From: Actinomycetota bacterium
Lineage (GTDB): Bacteria; Actinomycetota; UBA4738; HRBIN12
Direction of reading: 5' to 3'
Length of the DNA stretch: 39,924 nt
NCBI GenBank assembly: GCA_046723385.1
Contig: JBKOUM010000124.1
Location: forward strand, 1-39,924
Shown here one piece after another: positions 9,159 to 17,089 of this stretch. The notes beneath the pieces were generated by a model that saw only the letters and a list, made by a program, of their open reading frames with translations, searched no databases and had not been told where the DNA came from. The translations under genes and the position numbers were made by a program. Positions within the stretch are counted from its first letter, which is position 1. Each line of letters starts with the position of its first letter.

Positions 9159-10523
9159 ATGCGTGCGATCGTCCTCGTCGACGGCGAGCACTCCGTGCCG
9201 GTCACTCGGTGGGCGCTCGACATCGCGCGCGCCCGAGGGATCGAGGTCGTCGGGGGCCTGCTCGTCGGCGGCATCGAGAAGCTGCCGGCGGGCCGCCTGC
9301 CCGATCTGGGGATCCCGCTTCGAACGGCCCCGGAAGACCGGGGGGAGGCATTGCGTGCGGCGATCCTGGGATGGCGCCCCGACCTGATCCTCGACGTCTC
9401 CGACGAACCGGTGCTGGGGTACCGCGAGCGGATGGAGATCGCCTCGACCGCCCTCGCGATGGGCGTGCCGTACGAGGGGGCGGACTTCCGGTTGGACCCG
9501 CCGCCGGCGGACCCGCCGCCGGCGGGGATCCCGACGCTCGCGGTCTTCGGGACCGGCAAGCGGACGGGCAAGACGGCGATCGCGGGCGAGCTGGCGCGGC
9601 GGGCGGCCCGCCGCGACCTCTCGCCGATCGTGATCGCGATGGGTCGCGGCGGCCCGCCGACCCCGCAGGTCGCCGACGCCGGATCGGTGACCCTCGACGG
9701 CCTCCTCGCGATCGTCCAGGCGGGGGAGCACGCCGCCTCGGACTACCTGGAGGACGCCCTGACGACCGGGGTGACCACGATCGGGGCCCGGCGTGCCGGC
9801 GGCGGGCTCGCCGGCGCGCCGTTCGCGACGAACGTGTCGGAGGCCGTCGCGCTGGCGGCAGCGCGACGCCCCGGCCTCCTGCTCCTGGAAGGCAGCGGAT
9901 CGGCCCTCCCGACCGTCGCGTGGGACGCGGGGGTCCTCGTCGTCCCCGGCTCTTGCCCGCCGGAGTACGTCGCAGGGTATCTGGGTGCCTATCGGCTGTT
10001 GCGAGCCGACCTCGCGGTTGTTACCATGGCTGCGAGCCCGGTTCCCGGGTCCGAGAACCTCTCCCACCTCACCGCACACCTCCGTCGTGCATTGGGCGAT
10101 GCGCGGGTCCTGGTGACCGACTTCATCCCGGTGCCCCTCGCAGATGTGCGAGGTCGAGATGCGTTCTTCGCAACGACGGCTCCGAGCCTCGTCGCCACCC
10201 GCCAGGTGGCGCACCTCGAAGAGGCTTCCGGGGTTCGGATCGTGGCGTGGAGCGCGCGGCTCGCCGATCGGGCGGGCCTGGCGGAGGACCTGGAGGCCGC
10301 GCCCAGCTACGACGTGCTCCTCACGGAACTGAAGGCGGCGGCGGTCGATGTGGCCAGTCAGCACGCGGTGGAACGAGGCGTGGACGTCGTGTTCGTCGAC
10401 AACCGCGCGGTGATGCTCGAGGGGGCGACCGATCTCGAGGTGGCGTTCGCGGACGTGATCGAGCTCGCGATCGCCCGCGGATCGACCCGGGGCGGGGCTC
10501 CGGTCGGAAGGAACGAAGGTTGA
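9159..10523 (+). CDS. cpgS: Cyclic 2,3-diphosphoglycerate synthetase
   Basis: 454 aa. Family motifs VDGEH, DVSDEPVLGYRER, YEGADF, GTGKRTGKTA (P-loop-like), AMGRGGP, HAASDYLEDA, EGSG, TELKAAAVD. Adjacent to 2-phosphoglycerate kinase. Confidence 0.88.
   Translation: MRAIVLVDGEHSVPVTRWALDIARARGIEVVGGLLVGGIEKLPAGRLPDLGIPLRTAPEDRGEALRAAILGWRPDLILDVSDEPVLGYRERMEIASTALAMGVPYEGADFRLDPPPADPPPAGIPTLAVFGTGKRTGKTAIAGELARRAARRDLSPIVIAMGRGGPPTPQVADAGSVTLDGLLAIVQAGEHAASDYLEDALTTGVTTIGARRAGGGLAGAPFATNVSEAVALAAARRPGLLLLEGSGSALPTVAWDAGVLVVPGSCPPEYVAGYLGAYRLLRADLAVVTMAASPVPGSENLSHLTAHLRRALGDARVLVTDFIPVPLADVRGRDAFFATTAPSLVATRQVAHLEEASGVRIVAWSARLADRAGLAEDLEAAPSYDVLLTELKAAAVDVASQHAVERGVDVVFVDNRAVMLEGATDLEVAFADVIELAIARGSTRGGAPVGRNEG
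9999..10027 (+). promoter_or_regulatory. Putative internal sigma-A promoter inside cpgS (TTGCGA-17 nt-TACCAT, extended -10 TGn)
   Basis: TTGCGA at 9999-10004, 17-nt spacer ending TGT, TACCAT at 10022-10027. Local codons (TAT, TTG CGA, GTT GTT, GCT) depart from the G/C-ending codons used elsewhere. Confidence 0.5.
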
Positions 10524-11536
10524 CGGAACGCACGAGGACCGCCCAGATCGTGATCTCGGATCGCGAGCCGGGCCTGCCGTTCTCGAAGGGCTTGCTCGCG
10601 TCCCAGGTCATGGTGACGGGGCTCTCTCCCTACCGCTCCTACCAGGTGGCGGAGGAGGTCGAGATCCGGTTGCTCGAGCGGCGGCGGGCGTCGGTCACGT
10701 CGGCCGAACTCGCGGAGGTCGCGCTCGAGGTGATCGGTCAGCTCGCCGGCGACCGATACGCCACCAACTACGTCCGGTGGCGGCAGATCGAGGAGCTCGA
10801 CGTCCCGCTCGTGATCTTGATCGGGGGTGCGACGGGCGTCGGGAAATCGACGATCGCCACGCAGCTCGCGGCGCGGCTCGGGATCGTCCGGGTCGTCGCC
10901 ACGGACGCGATCCGCGAGGTCATGCGGGCGATGCTGTCGGCCGAGCTGATGCCGACCCTTCACGTGTCGTCGTTCCAAGCGGACAAGGCGCTGCGTGAGC
11001 CGCCGACCAAGACGGCCGACGCGTTGACGCTGGGGTTCCGCGAGCAGACCGCGGCGGTCTCGGTCGGGATCAACGCGTTGATCGAGCGCGCGGCTGAGGA
11101 GGGGACGAGCATCGTGATCGAGGGCGCACACGTGGTCCCGGGATTCTTCGAGACCGATGTGCACGCGGCTCGGATCCTCGCGGTTCCGTTCGTCGTCGGC
11201 GTCGACGACGAGGAACGCCATCGGTCGCACTTCGCCGCCCGCGAAGACGCGATCGCCGATCGTCCGGCCGCGCGGTACGAGGAAGGGTTCGAGGGCATCC
11301 GCAGGCTCCAGCGCTACATCAAGAGCCAGGCCCTCGCCCACGGGGTCCCGGTGATCCCCAACTACAGCTTCGACCAGTCGATCGCCGCGGTGATCGACCT
11401 GGTCATGGAACACGCGACCGATCGCGCAGGTTCTGCTCCCGCAGGTCCGTCCGCCGCGAGCACGGGCGACGGGCACGGGGACCCACGACAGACAGAAGGC
11501 CCCAGAGAGGGCCAGAGAGAAGGAATAACGGCATGA
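10520..11536 (+). CDS. pgk2: 2-phosphoglycerate kinase (archaeal type, ATP-cone-like N-terminus plus P-loop kinase)
   Basis: TTG 10520 overlaps the cpgS TGA, with purine-rich GGAAGGAACGAAGG upstream. Motifs LPFSKGLLA, LIGGATGVGKST, TDAIREVMR, PTLHVSS, SIVIEGAHVVPG. Confidence 0.88.
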   Translation: MTERTRTAQIVISDREPGLPFSKGLLASQVMVTGLSPYRSYQVAEEVEIRLLERRRASVTSAELAEVALEVIGQLAGDRYATNYVRWRQIEELDVPLVILIGGATGVGKSTIATQLAARLGIVRVVATDAIREVMRAMLSAELMPTLHVSSFQADKALREPPTKTADALTLGFREQTAAVSVGINALIERAAEEGTSIVIEGAHVVPGFFETDVHAARILAVPFVVGVDDEERHRSHFAAREDAIADRPAARYEEGFEGIRRLQRYIKSQALAHGVPVIPNYSFDQSIAAVIDLVMEHATDRAGSAPAGPSAASTGDGHGDPRQTEGPREGQREGITA

Positions 11537-12201
11537 AGCTCTTCCTCGACACGGCAAGCATCGACGAGATCCGCGAGATCAACCGCTGGGGTGTCCTCGG
11601 GGGCGTGACCACGAACCCGTCGCTCCTGGAGAAGGAAAGCTCCGACCCCGCCAAGGTCTGGCGGCAGATCCTGGATGAGGTCTCCGGTGACGTGTCCCTC
11701 GAGGTCACCGCCCCGGACGCCGATGAGATGGTGACGCAGGGCACCGCCCTCGCGCAGATGGGACCCAACGCGATCGTCAAGGTCCCGATGACACCGGACG
11801 GACTCGAGGCCGGAACCCGGCTCGTTGCTCAGGGGATCAGGATCAACGTGACCCTCGTCTTCTCACCGGCGCAAGCCATCCTGGCCGCGGAGGCCGGGGC
11901 GTACATCGTGTCGCCGTTCCTGGGGCGCGTGGACGACGTGGCGAGCGACGGGATGGCGGTATTGCGTTCGATCTGCGATATCTATGCTGTCCAGGGCTAC
12001 GACACCAAGGTCCTGGCCGCATCGCTCCGACACCCGATGCACGTGGTGGAGTCGGCGCTCGCTGGGGCCGATATCGCCACGATGCCGTACGACGTCTTCA
12101 CGAAGCTCGTGAAGCACCCGCTCACGGATCTCGGCATGGAACGGTTCCAGGCCGACTGGCAGAAACTCCAGCACCTGCTGGAGGGAGAGGCATCCAACTG
12201 A
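11533..12201 (+). CDS. tal: Transaldolase (small TalC/FSA-like family)
   Basis: FLDTA, GVTTNPSL and Schiff-base Lys in VKVP. Glu in SLEV and Phe in SPFLGR are the transaldolase rather than FSA signatures. Confidence 0.9.
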   Translation: MKLFLDTASIDEIREINRWGVLGGVTTNPSLLEKESSDPAKVWRQILDEVSGDVSLEVTAPDADEMVTQGTALAQMGPNAIVKVPMTPDGLEAGTRLVAQGIRINVTLVFSPAQAILAAEAGAYIVSPFLGRVDDVASDGMAVLRSICDIYAVQGYDTKVLAASLRHPMHVVESALAGADIATMPYDVFTKLVKHPLTDLGMERFQADWQKLQHLLEGEASN

Positions 12202-13820
12202 TGGATACGACGATGGAGCGCAGCGACCTGGAAGCGAAGCTGCTGCCTGAGCTGCAACAGATCGCCCAGACGCTCGGCGTAGAGGGAACGCAGAAGCTTC
12301 GGAAGGCGGGGCTGATCGACGCGATCGTGTCCGCCTCCGGGAACGGCGAACGGCCGTCGACACGCAACGGCGAGGACGCCGGCGGTCAGGCGACCACGAC
12401 CACGACGGCCGATGAGGAGCCGCGGCGCGACCGCGGTGGCCAGGCCGTCGAGGGAAGGGACGATCGCGAACGCGGCGGCGAGGCCGACGAGCGACGGGAC
12501 GACCGTGACCGCGGGGAGCCGCGCCGGAACGACCGCAACGACCGGCCCGCCGGACAGGGCGGCCAGCGCCCGGCGGGACAGGGCTTGAGCGACGGCGGCG
12601 AACGCGACCGGCGGCGACGCCCGTCCCGCGAGGAGCGCCGCCGGTCGCGCGAGGAGCGTCGGGTCCGCGACGAGCAGGATCGCGTGGAGGAGCTGAAGAC
12701 CGCCCCGACACGCACAGGCATCCTGGACGTCCTGCCCGAGGGCTACGGCTTCCTCCGGTGCTCGGGCTACCTGCCCGGGTCGGACGACGTCTACGTGTCG
12801 CTCTCGTACGTCCGCCGGCACCAGCTCCGGAAGGGCGACACGGTGATGGGCAAGATCCGGGAGCCCAAGAACAACGAGAAATACCCGGCGCTGCTGTCGG
12901 TGGAGTCCGTGAACGACATGGATCCCGAGAAGGCGGCCGGGCGGCCGGTCTTCGACAAGCTGACGCCGCTGTTCCCGAACGAGCGGTTCCGGCTCGAGAG
13001 CGGTCCGACGGCGATCGCCGAGCGGATCGTCGACATGGTCGCCCCGATCGGCAAGGGGCAGCGCGGCATGATCGTGGCGCCACCCAAGTCCGGGAAGACG
13101 ACGATCCTGAAGCAGATCGCGAACGGGATCATCCACTCCAATCCCGAGACGCACGTGATCGTGCTCCTCGTGGACGAGCGGCCCGAGGAGGTCACCGACT
13201 GGCAGCGGACGGTCGAGGCGGCCGAGGTGGTGTACTCGACCTTCGACAAGCCGACCGACCAGCACATCCAGGTGACCGAGCTCGTGCTGGAGCGCGCGAA
13301 GCGGATGGCGGAGACCGGCGGGGACGTCGCGATCATCCTCGATTCGCTGACGCGGCTCACGCGCGCCTACAACCTGGGGATGCCGGCGTCCGGCAAGATC
13401 CTCACGGGCGGCATCGACGCCTCGGCGCTGTACCCGCCTCGTCGCTTCTTCGGAGCGGCGCGGAACATCGAGGAGGGCGGTTCGCTCACGATCATCGCCT
13501 CGGCGCTCGTAGAGACCGGCTCCCGGATGGACGACGGGATCTTCGAGGAGTTCAAGGCGACGGGGAACATGGAGCTGCGTCTTGACCGGCAGCTCGCCGA
13601 GAAGCGGTTGTTCCCGGCGATCAACGTCGACCCTTCGGGCACGCGCAAGGAGGAGCTCCTGCTCCCGCCCGAGGAGCTCGCGCTCGTGATCCGGCTCCGG
13701 CGGGTGCTCCACGCCCTGGAACCCGGCGCCGCGCTCGAGCTGCTGATCGACAAGCTCCGGTCGACCAAGTCGAACGAGCAGTTCCTGAAGGACATCGCGA
13801 AGGCACCGACCGGGAGCTGA
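12201..13820 (+). CDS. rho: Transcription termination factor Rho with R/D/E/G-rich N-terminal insertion
   Basis: GYGFLR, LTPLFP, PIGKGQRG, PPKSGKT, DERPEEVT, FEEFKATGNMEL, SGTRKEELL. Confidence 0.98.
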   Translation: MDTTMERSDLEAKLLPELQQIAQTLGVEGTQKLRKAGLIDAIVSASGNGERPSTRNGEDAGGQATTTTTADEEPRRDRGGQAVEGRDDRERGGEADERRDDRDRGEPRRNDRNDRPAGQGGQRPAGQGLSDGGERDRRRRPSREERRRSREERRVRDEQDRVEELKTAPTRTGILDVLPEGYGFLRCSGYLPGSDDVYVSLSYVRRHQLRKGDTVMGKIREPKNNEKYPALLSVESVNDMDPEKAAGRPVFDKLTPLFPNERFRLESGPTAIAERIVDMVAPIGKGQRGMIVAPPKSGKTTILKQIANGIIHSNPETHVIVLLVDERPEEVTDWQRTVEAAEVVYSTFDKPTDQHIQVTELVLERAKRMAETGGDVAIILDSLTRLTRAYNLGMPASGKILTGGIDASALYPPRRFFGAARNIEEGGSLTIIASALVETGSRMDDGIFEEFKATGNMELRLDRQLAEKRLFPAINVDPSGTRKEELLLPPEELALVIRLRRVLHALEPGAALELLIDKLRSTKSNEQFLKDIAKAPTGS

Positions 13821-13888
13821 TCCGGGCGGAATAGGCGGGCGTTGAAGGGGATAGCATCCGGGACACGCTCGAAGGAGACATGACGACC

Positions 13889-14119
13889 ATGAAGCAAGGC
13901 ATCCATCCCGACTACCAGATCGCGAACGTCCACTGCTCGTGCGGCAACACGTTCCAGACGCGCTCGACCGTCAGCGAGATCCGCTCCGACATCTGCTCCA
14001 ACTGTCACCCCTTCTACACGGGGAAGCAGAAGCTCGTGGACACGGGTGGACGAGTGGAGCGGTTCCAGCGTCGGTACGCCAAGACGCAGCAGGCCCAGCA
14101 GGCCGCGAAGCAGGGCTGA
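13889..14119 (+). CDS. rpmE: 50S ribosomal protein L31 (zinc-binding C+ form)
   Basis: [12 protein letters not shown]...[22 protein letters not shown] spacing favours ATG 13889 over 13880. Confidence 0.97.
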   Translation: MKQGIHPDYQIANVHCSCGNTFQTRSTVSEIRSDICSNCHPFYTGKQKLVDTGGRVERFQRRYAKTQQAQQAAKQG

Positions 14120-14126
14120 CCAGCCG

Positions 14127-15029
14127 GTGGGCCAGCAGCCCGCGGCCGCGAACCACCTGTACGGGGGTCAGGCCGTCGTCGAGGGCGTGATGATGCGCGG
14201 CGCCGACCATTGGGCGGTCGCCGTTCGTGAGCCCGCGGGCTCCGTGTACGTCGAGTCCCACGCGATCGAGTCGATCGCCGACCGGCACCCGATCTGGCGC
14301 AAGCCGTTCCTCCGAGGGATCCTCGTCCTCGGTCAGTCCCTGTCGATCGGCGTGCGAGCCCTGCTGATCGCGACGAACCACGCCGTCGAGGAGGAGCAGC
14401 AGCTCACGCGCCGCCAGATCGGCGTCTCGCTCACCGTGGCGATGATCCTGTTCATCGCCGTGTTCATCCTCGGACCGACCGCCCTGTTCACCTGGGCGGA
14501 GCACCGGACGGACGCGAACGGGATCGTGGCGAACGTCGCCGAGGGCCTGTTCCGTGTGGCGCTGTTCGTCGGCTACCTCTGGTTGATCGGCCGGACCAAG
14601 GACATCCGGAGGGTGTTCGCGTACCACGGCGCGGAGCACAAGACGATCGCCGCCTACGAACACGAGGACGAGCTCACGCCGGATCGGATCGATCGGTACC
14701 CGAAGGAGCACGTGCGCTGCGGCACGAACTTCCTGATCATCGTGATGATCATCACGATCTTCGTGTTCGCGTTGTTCGGGACCCCCGGGCTGCTCTGGCG
14801 GCTGGTCTCCCGGCTCATCGCGATCCCGGTGATCGCCGGCGTGGCGTACGAGGCGCTCCGCCTGGGCGCGCGGTTCCCGCGATCCGTGGTGATGCGCGCG
14901 CTGATGGCGCCCGGGATCTGGCTGCAGAAGATCACCACGCGGGAGCCGGACGCCGGCCAGATCGAGGTGGCCGTGACCTCCTTCAGGGAGGTCCTGCGTC
15001 GCGAGGCCGAGGCCGCGGGTACCGCCTGA
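14127..15029 (+). CDS. DUF1385 (YqhQ-like) membrane protein
   Basis: YGGQAVVEGVMMRG, FAYHGAEHKTI, HVRCGTNF, LQKITTREP. The family is commonly found between rpmE and prfA/prmC. Confidence 0.9.
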   Translation: MGQQPAAANHLYGGQAVVEGVMMRGADHWAVAVREPAGSVYVESHAIESIADRHPIWRKPFLRGILVLGQSLSIGVRALLIATNHAVEEEQQLTRRQIGVSLTVAMILFIAVFILGPTALFTWAEHRTDANGIVANVAEGLFRVALFVGYLWLIGRTKDIRRVFAYHGAEHKTIAAYEHEDELTPDRIDRYPKEHVRCGTNFLIIVMIITIFVFALFGTPGLLWRLVSRLIAIPVIAGVAYEALRLGARFPRSVVMRALMAPGIWLQKITTREPDAGQIEVAVTSFREVLRREAEAAGTA

Positions 15030-15075
15030 GGGCGGGGCCTGAGGGCGAGGCCAGAGGGCGAGGCCAGAGGGCTAG
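15024..15075 (+). repeat. 4 x 13-bp degenerate tandem repeat GCCWGAGGGCKRG
   Basis: gcctgagggcggg / gcctgagggcgag / gccagagggcgag / gccagagggctag. The first unit contains the DUF1385 stop codon. Confidence 0.9.
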
Positions 15076-15087
15076 GACGGACGGTCG

Positions 15088-15116
15088 TTGCATCCCCTGC
15101 TCTCCACGCCCAAGAT
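15088..15116 (+). promoter_or_regulatory. Putative sigma-A promoter for the DivIVA-domain gene
   Basis: TTGCAT (15088-15093), 17 nt, CAAGAT (15111-15116), upstream of a GAGGGGG RBS and ATG 15169. Confidence 0.45.
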
Positions 15117-15168
15117 GACGTGTCCGAGCGATCGGGCGTGCTGGCGTTGAACACCGAGGGGGATCCCG

Positions 15169-15942
15169 ATGACGAGCAACATGAAGAACGACCTCGACCT
15201 GCCGTTGCTCCCCAGTGCCGAGCAGATCCGGCGGAGGGAGTTCGCCACGGTCCGGCGCGGCTACGACCCCGACCAGGTGCGGGAATACCTCCAAGGGGTC
15301 GCCGGCCAGGTCGAGACGCTGGAACGTGAACTCCGGGAGCGGCGGAAAACGACGCCGCCTCCGTCGCCGGGCGACGCTCCCTCTTCCGAAGCCGCCCCGG
15401 CGGCCTCGTCCCCGGACGCAGCGATCGCGACACCCTCCCCGGACGCGTACGAGGAGATCGCGAAACGGTTCGCCGGCCTCCTCGAGACGGCTGACAAGGA
15501 GGCGACCGCGGCGGTCGCCACGGCCAAGGCCGAAGCGACCCGGATCGTCGAGGAGGCGCGCTCCGAGGCCGACCGGATCCAGCTCGACGCGCAGTCCAAA
15601 GCGGAGGCCGCCAAGCAAGAGAGCAGCGACACGCTCGCGAACGCCAAGCGCGAGGCGGACACGATCCTCGGTTCGCTGGCGGAGCGCCGCGAGAGCCTCG
15701 TCTCGCAGATGCACGACATGCAGACCAGACTTCTGTCGGTGGCCAAGGACCTCGAGACGTCGCTGGGAGACGCGCCGGAGGGGGCTGGCCAGCACGCCGT
15801 CGAGAGCACCCCGGCCGACGACGACGCGGTCGATCCCCGGTACGAAGACATGTGGGCACTGCCCAAGGGCAAGCACATGGTCGACATCCCCAACCTGGCT
15901 TCCTTGGACGTCGACTTCGAGGACGAGCGCCCCTCCGAGTAG
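15169..15942 (+). CDS. DivIVA domain-containing coiled-coil protein
   Basis: IRRREFATVRRGYDPDQVREYL is the DivIVA N-terminal motif (I...F....RGY...EV..FL). It is followed by a Pro/Ala linker, an A/E/K-rich coiled coil and an acidic tail. Confidence 0.85.
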   Translation: MTSNMKNDLDLPLLPSAEQIRRREFATVRRGYDPDQVREYLQGVAGQVETLERELRERRKTTPPPSPGDAPSSEAAPAASSPDAAIATPSPDAYEEIAKRFAGLLETADKEATAAVATAKAEATRIVEEARSEADRIQLDAQSKAEAAKQESSDTLANAKREADTILGSLAERRESLVSQMHDMQTRLLSVAKDLETSLGDAPEGAGQHAVESTPADDDAVDPRYEDMWALPKGKHMVDIPNLASLDVDFEDERPSE

Positions 15943-15993
15943 CGCGGGGCCGCCGCTCGGTCGCCTTCGCCGGGTCCTGCGACGATAGGTCGC

Positions 15994-17082
15994 ATGGCGT
16001 CGCAGATCGAACCACGGCTCGAGGAGATCGAAGCGGGCTACGAGCGGGTGACGGCCGAGATGGCCGAGCCAGAGGTGGCGAGCGATCCCGATCGGCTCCG
16101 CGGGCTCGGGAGACGCTTCGCCGAGCTCGAGGCGATCGTCGTCCCGTACCGCGAGTACAAGGCTGCGCGGGATCAATCGCGGGAGGCCCGCCAGCTCGCC
16201 AAGGCGGAGACGGATCCCGAGATGGCCGCCATGTTCACCGATGAGGCCGACCGGCTCGACGAGCGCGTCGCCGAGCTCCATCGACGGCTCGAGCTGCTGC
16301 TGATCCCGAAGGACCCGAGCGAGGGCAAGGACGTCATCGTCGAGATCCGCGCCGGAGCGGGGGGGCAGGAGGCGGCCCTGTGGGCCGGCGACCTGTTCGA
16401 GATGTACCGGCGGCTCGCGGAACGCCACCGGTGGAAGACGGAGGTGCTCGCGTCCTCGCCGTCGGACGTGGGCGGCTTCAAGGAGATCTCGCTCGAGGTT
16501 CGCGGACGCGACGCGTACGGCCGGTTGAAGCATGAGGCCGGCGTCCACCGGGTGCAGCGCGTCCCCGCGACCGAGTCGCAGGGCCGGATCCACACGTCGA
16601 CGGCCACCGTGGCGGTGATGCCCGAAGCGGAGGAGGTCGAGGTCGAGGTGCGCCCCGAGGATCTGCAGATCGACGTCTACCGCTCGAGCGGCCCGGGAGG
16701 GCAGTCGGTGAACACCACGGACTCCGCGGTCCGGATCGTGCACAAGCCGACCGGGATCAAGGTGGAGATGCAGGAGGAGCGCTCCCAGCTCCAGAACCGC
16801 GAGAAGGCCCTGCGGTACCTGCGCGCCCGGCTGTACCAGCTCGCCGTCGACGAAGCCCACGCCAAGGAGGCGGCCGTCCGCCGTGCGCAGCTCGGGACGG
16901 GAGAGCGGTCGGAGAAGATCCGGACGTACAACTTCCCGGAGCAGCGCGTCACCGATCACCGGATCAAGCACGTGTCGCACCAGCTCCAGGACGTGCTCGC
17001 CGGCGGCGAGGAGCTGGACGGCTTCGCCGACCGCCTCCTCGCCGCCGAGCGAGCGGCGCAGCTCGCCGACGAGGAGGGGTGA
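15994..17082 (+). CDS. prfA: Peptide chain release factor 1
   Basis: GVHRVQRVPATES (PxT, RF1 type), SGPGGQSVNTTDSAVR, SEKIRTYNFP. Confidence 0.98.
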   Translation: MASQIEPRLEEIEAGYERVTAEMAEPEVASDPDRLRGLGRRFAELEAIVVPYREYKAARDQSREARQLAKAETDPEMAAMFTDEADRLDERVAELHRRLELLLIPKDPSEGKDVIVEIRAGAGGQEAALWAGDLFEMYRRLAERHRWKTEVLASSPSDVGGFKEISLEVRGRDAYGRLKHEAGVHRVQRVPATESQGRIHTSTATVAVMPEAEEVEVEVRPEDLQIDVYRSSGPGGQSVNTTDSAVRIVHKPTGIKVEMQEERSQLQNREKALRYLRARLYQLAVDEAHAKEAAVRRAQLGTGERSEKIRTYNFPEQRVTDHRIKHVSHQLQDVLAGGEELDGFADRLLAAERAAQLADEEG

Positions 17083-17089
17083 CGCGCGC

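Noticed and set aside
9496-9527. Duplicated GACCCGCCGCCGGCG inside cpgS
   Set aside because: An in-frame 15-bp duplication encoding a DPPPA-DPPPA linker, most likely neutral slippage.
11533-12201. Fructose-6-phosphate aldolase (fsa) assignment
   Set aside because: The Glu (SLEV) and Phe (SPF) residues indicate transaldolase. FSA has Gln and Tyr at these positions.
12340-12690. Low-complexity R/D/E/G-rich segment in Rho
   Set aside because: Such N-terminal insertions are well known in actinobacterial Rho proteins, so it is not novel.
13828-13857. GGAAT...GTTG upstream of rpmE as a SigR/SigH-type promoter
   Set aside because: The GGAAT-to-GTT spacing is 8 nt rather than about 18. TAGCAT at 13852-13857 is the more plausible -10.
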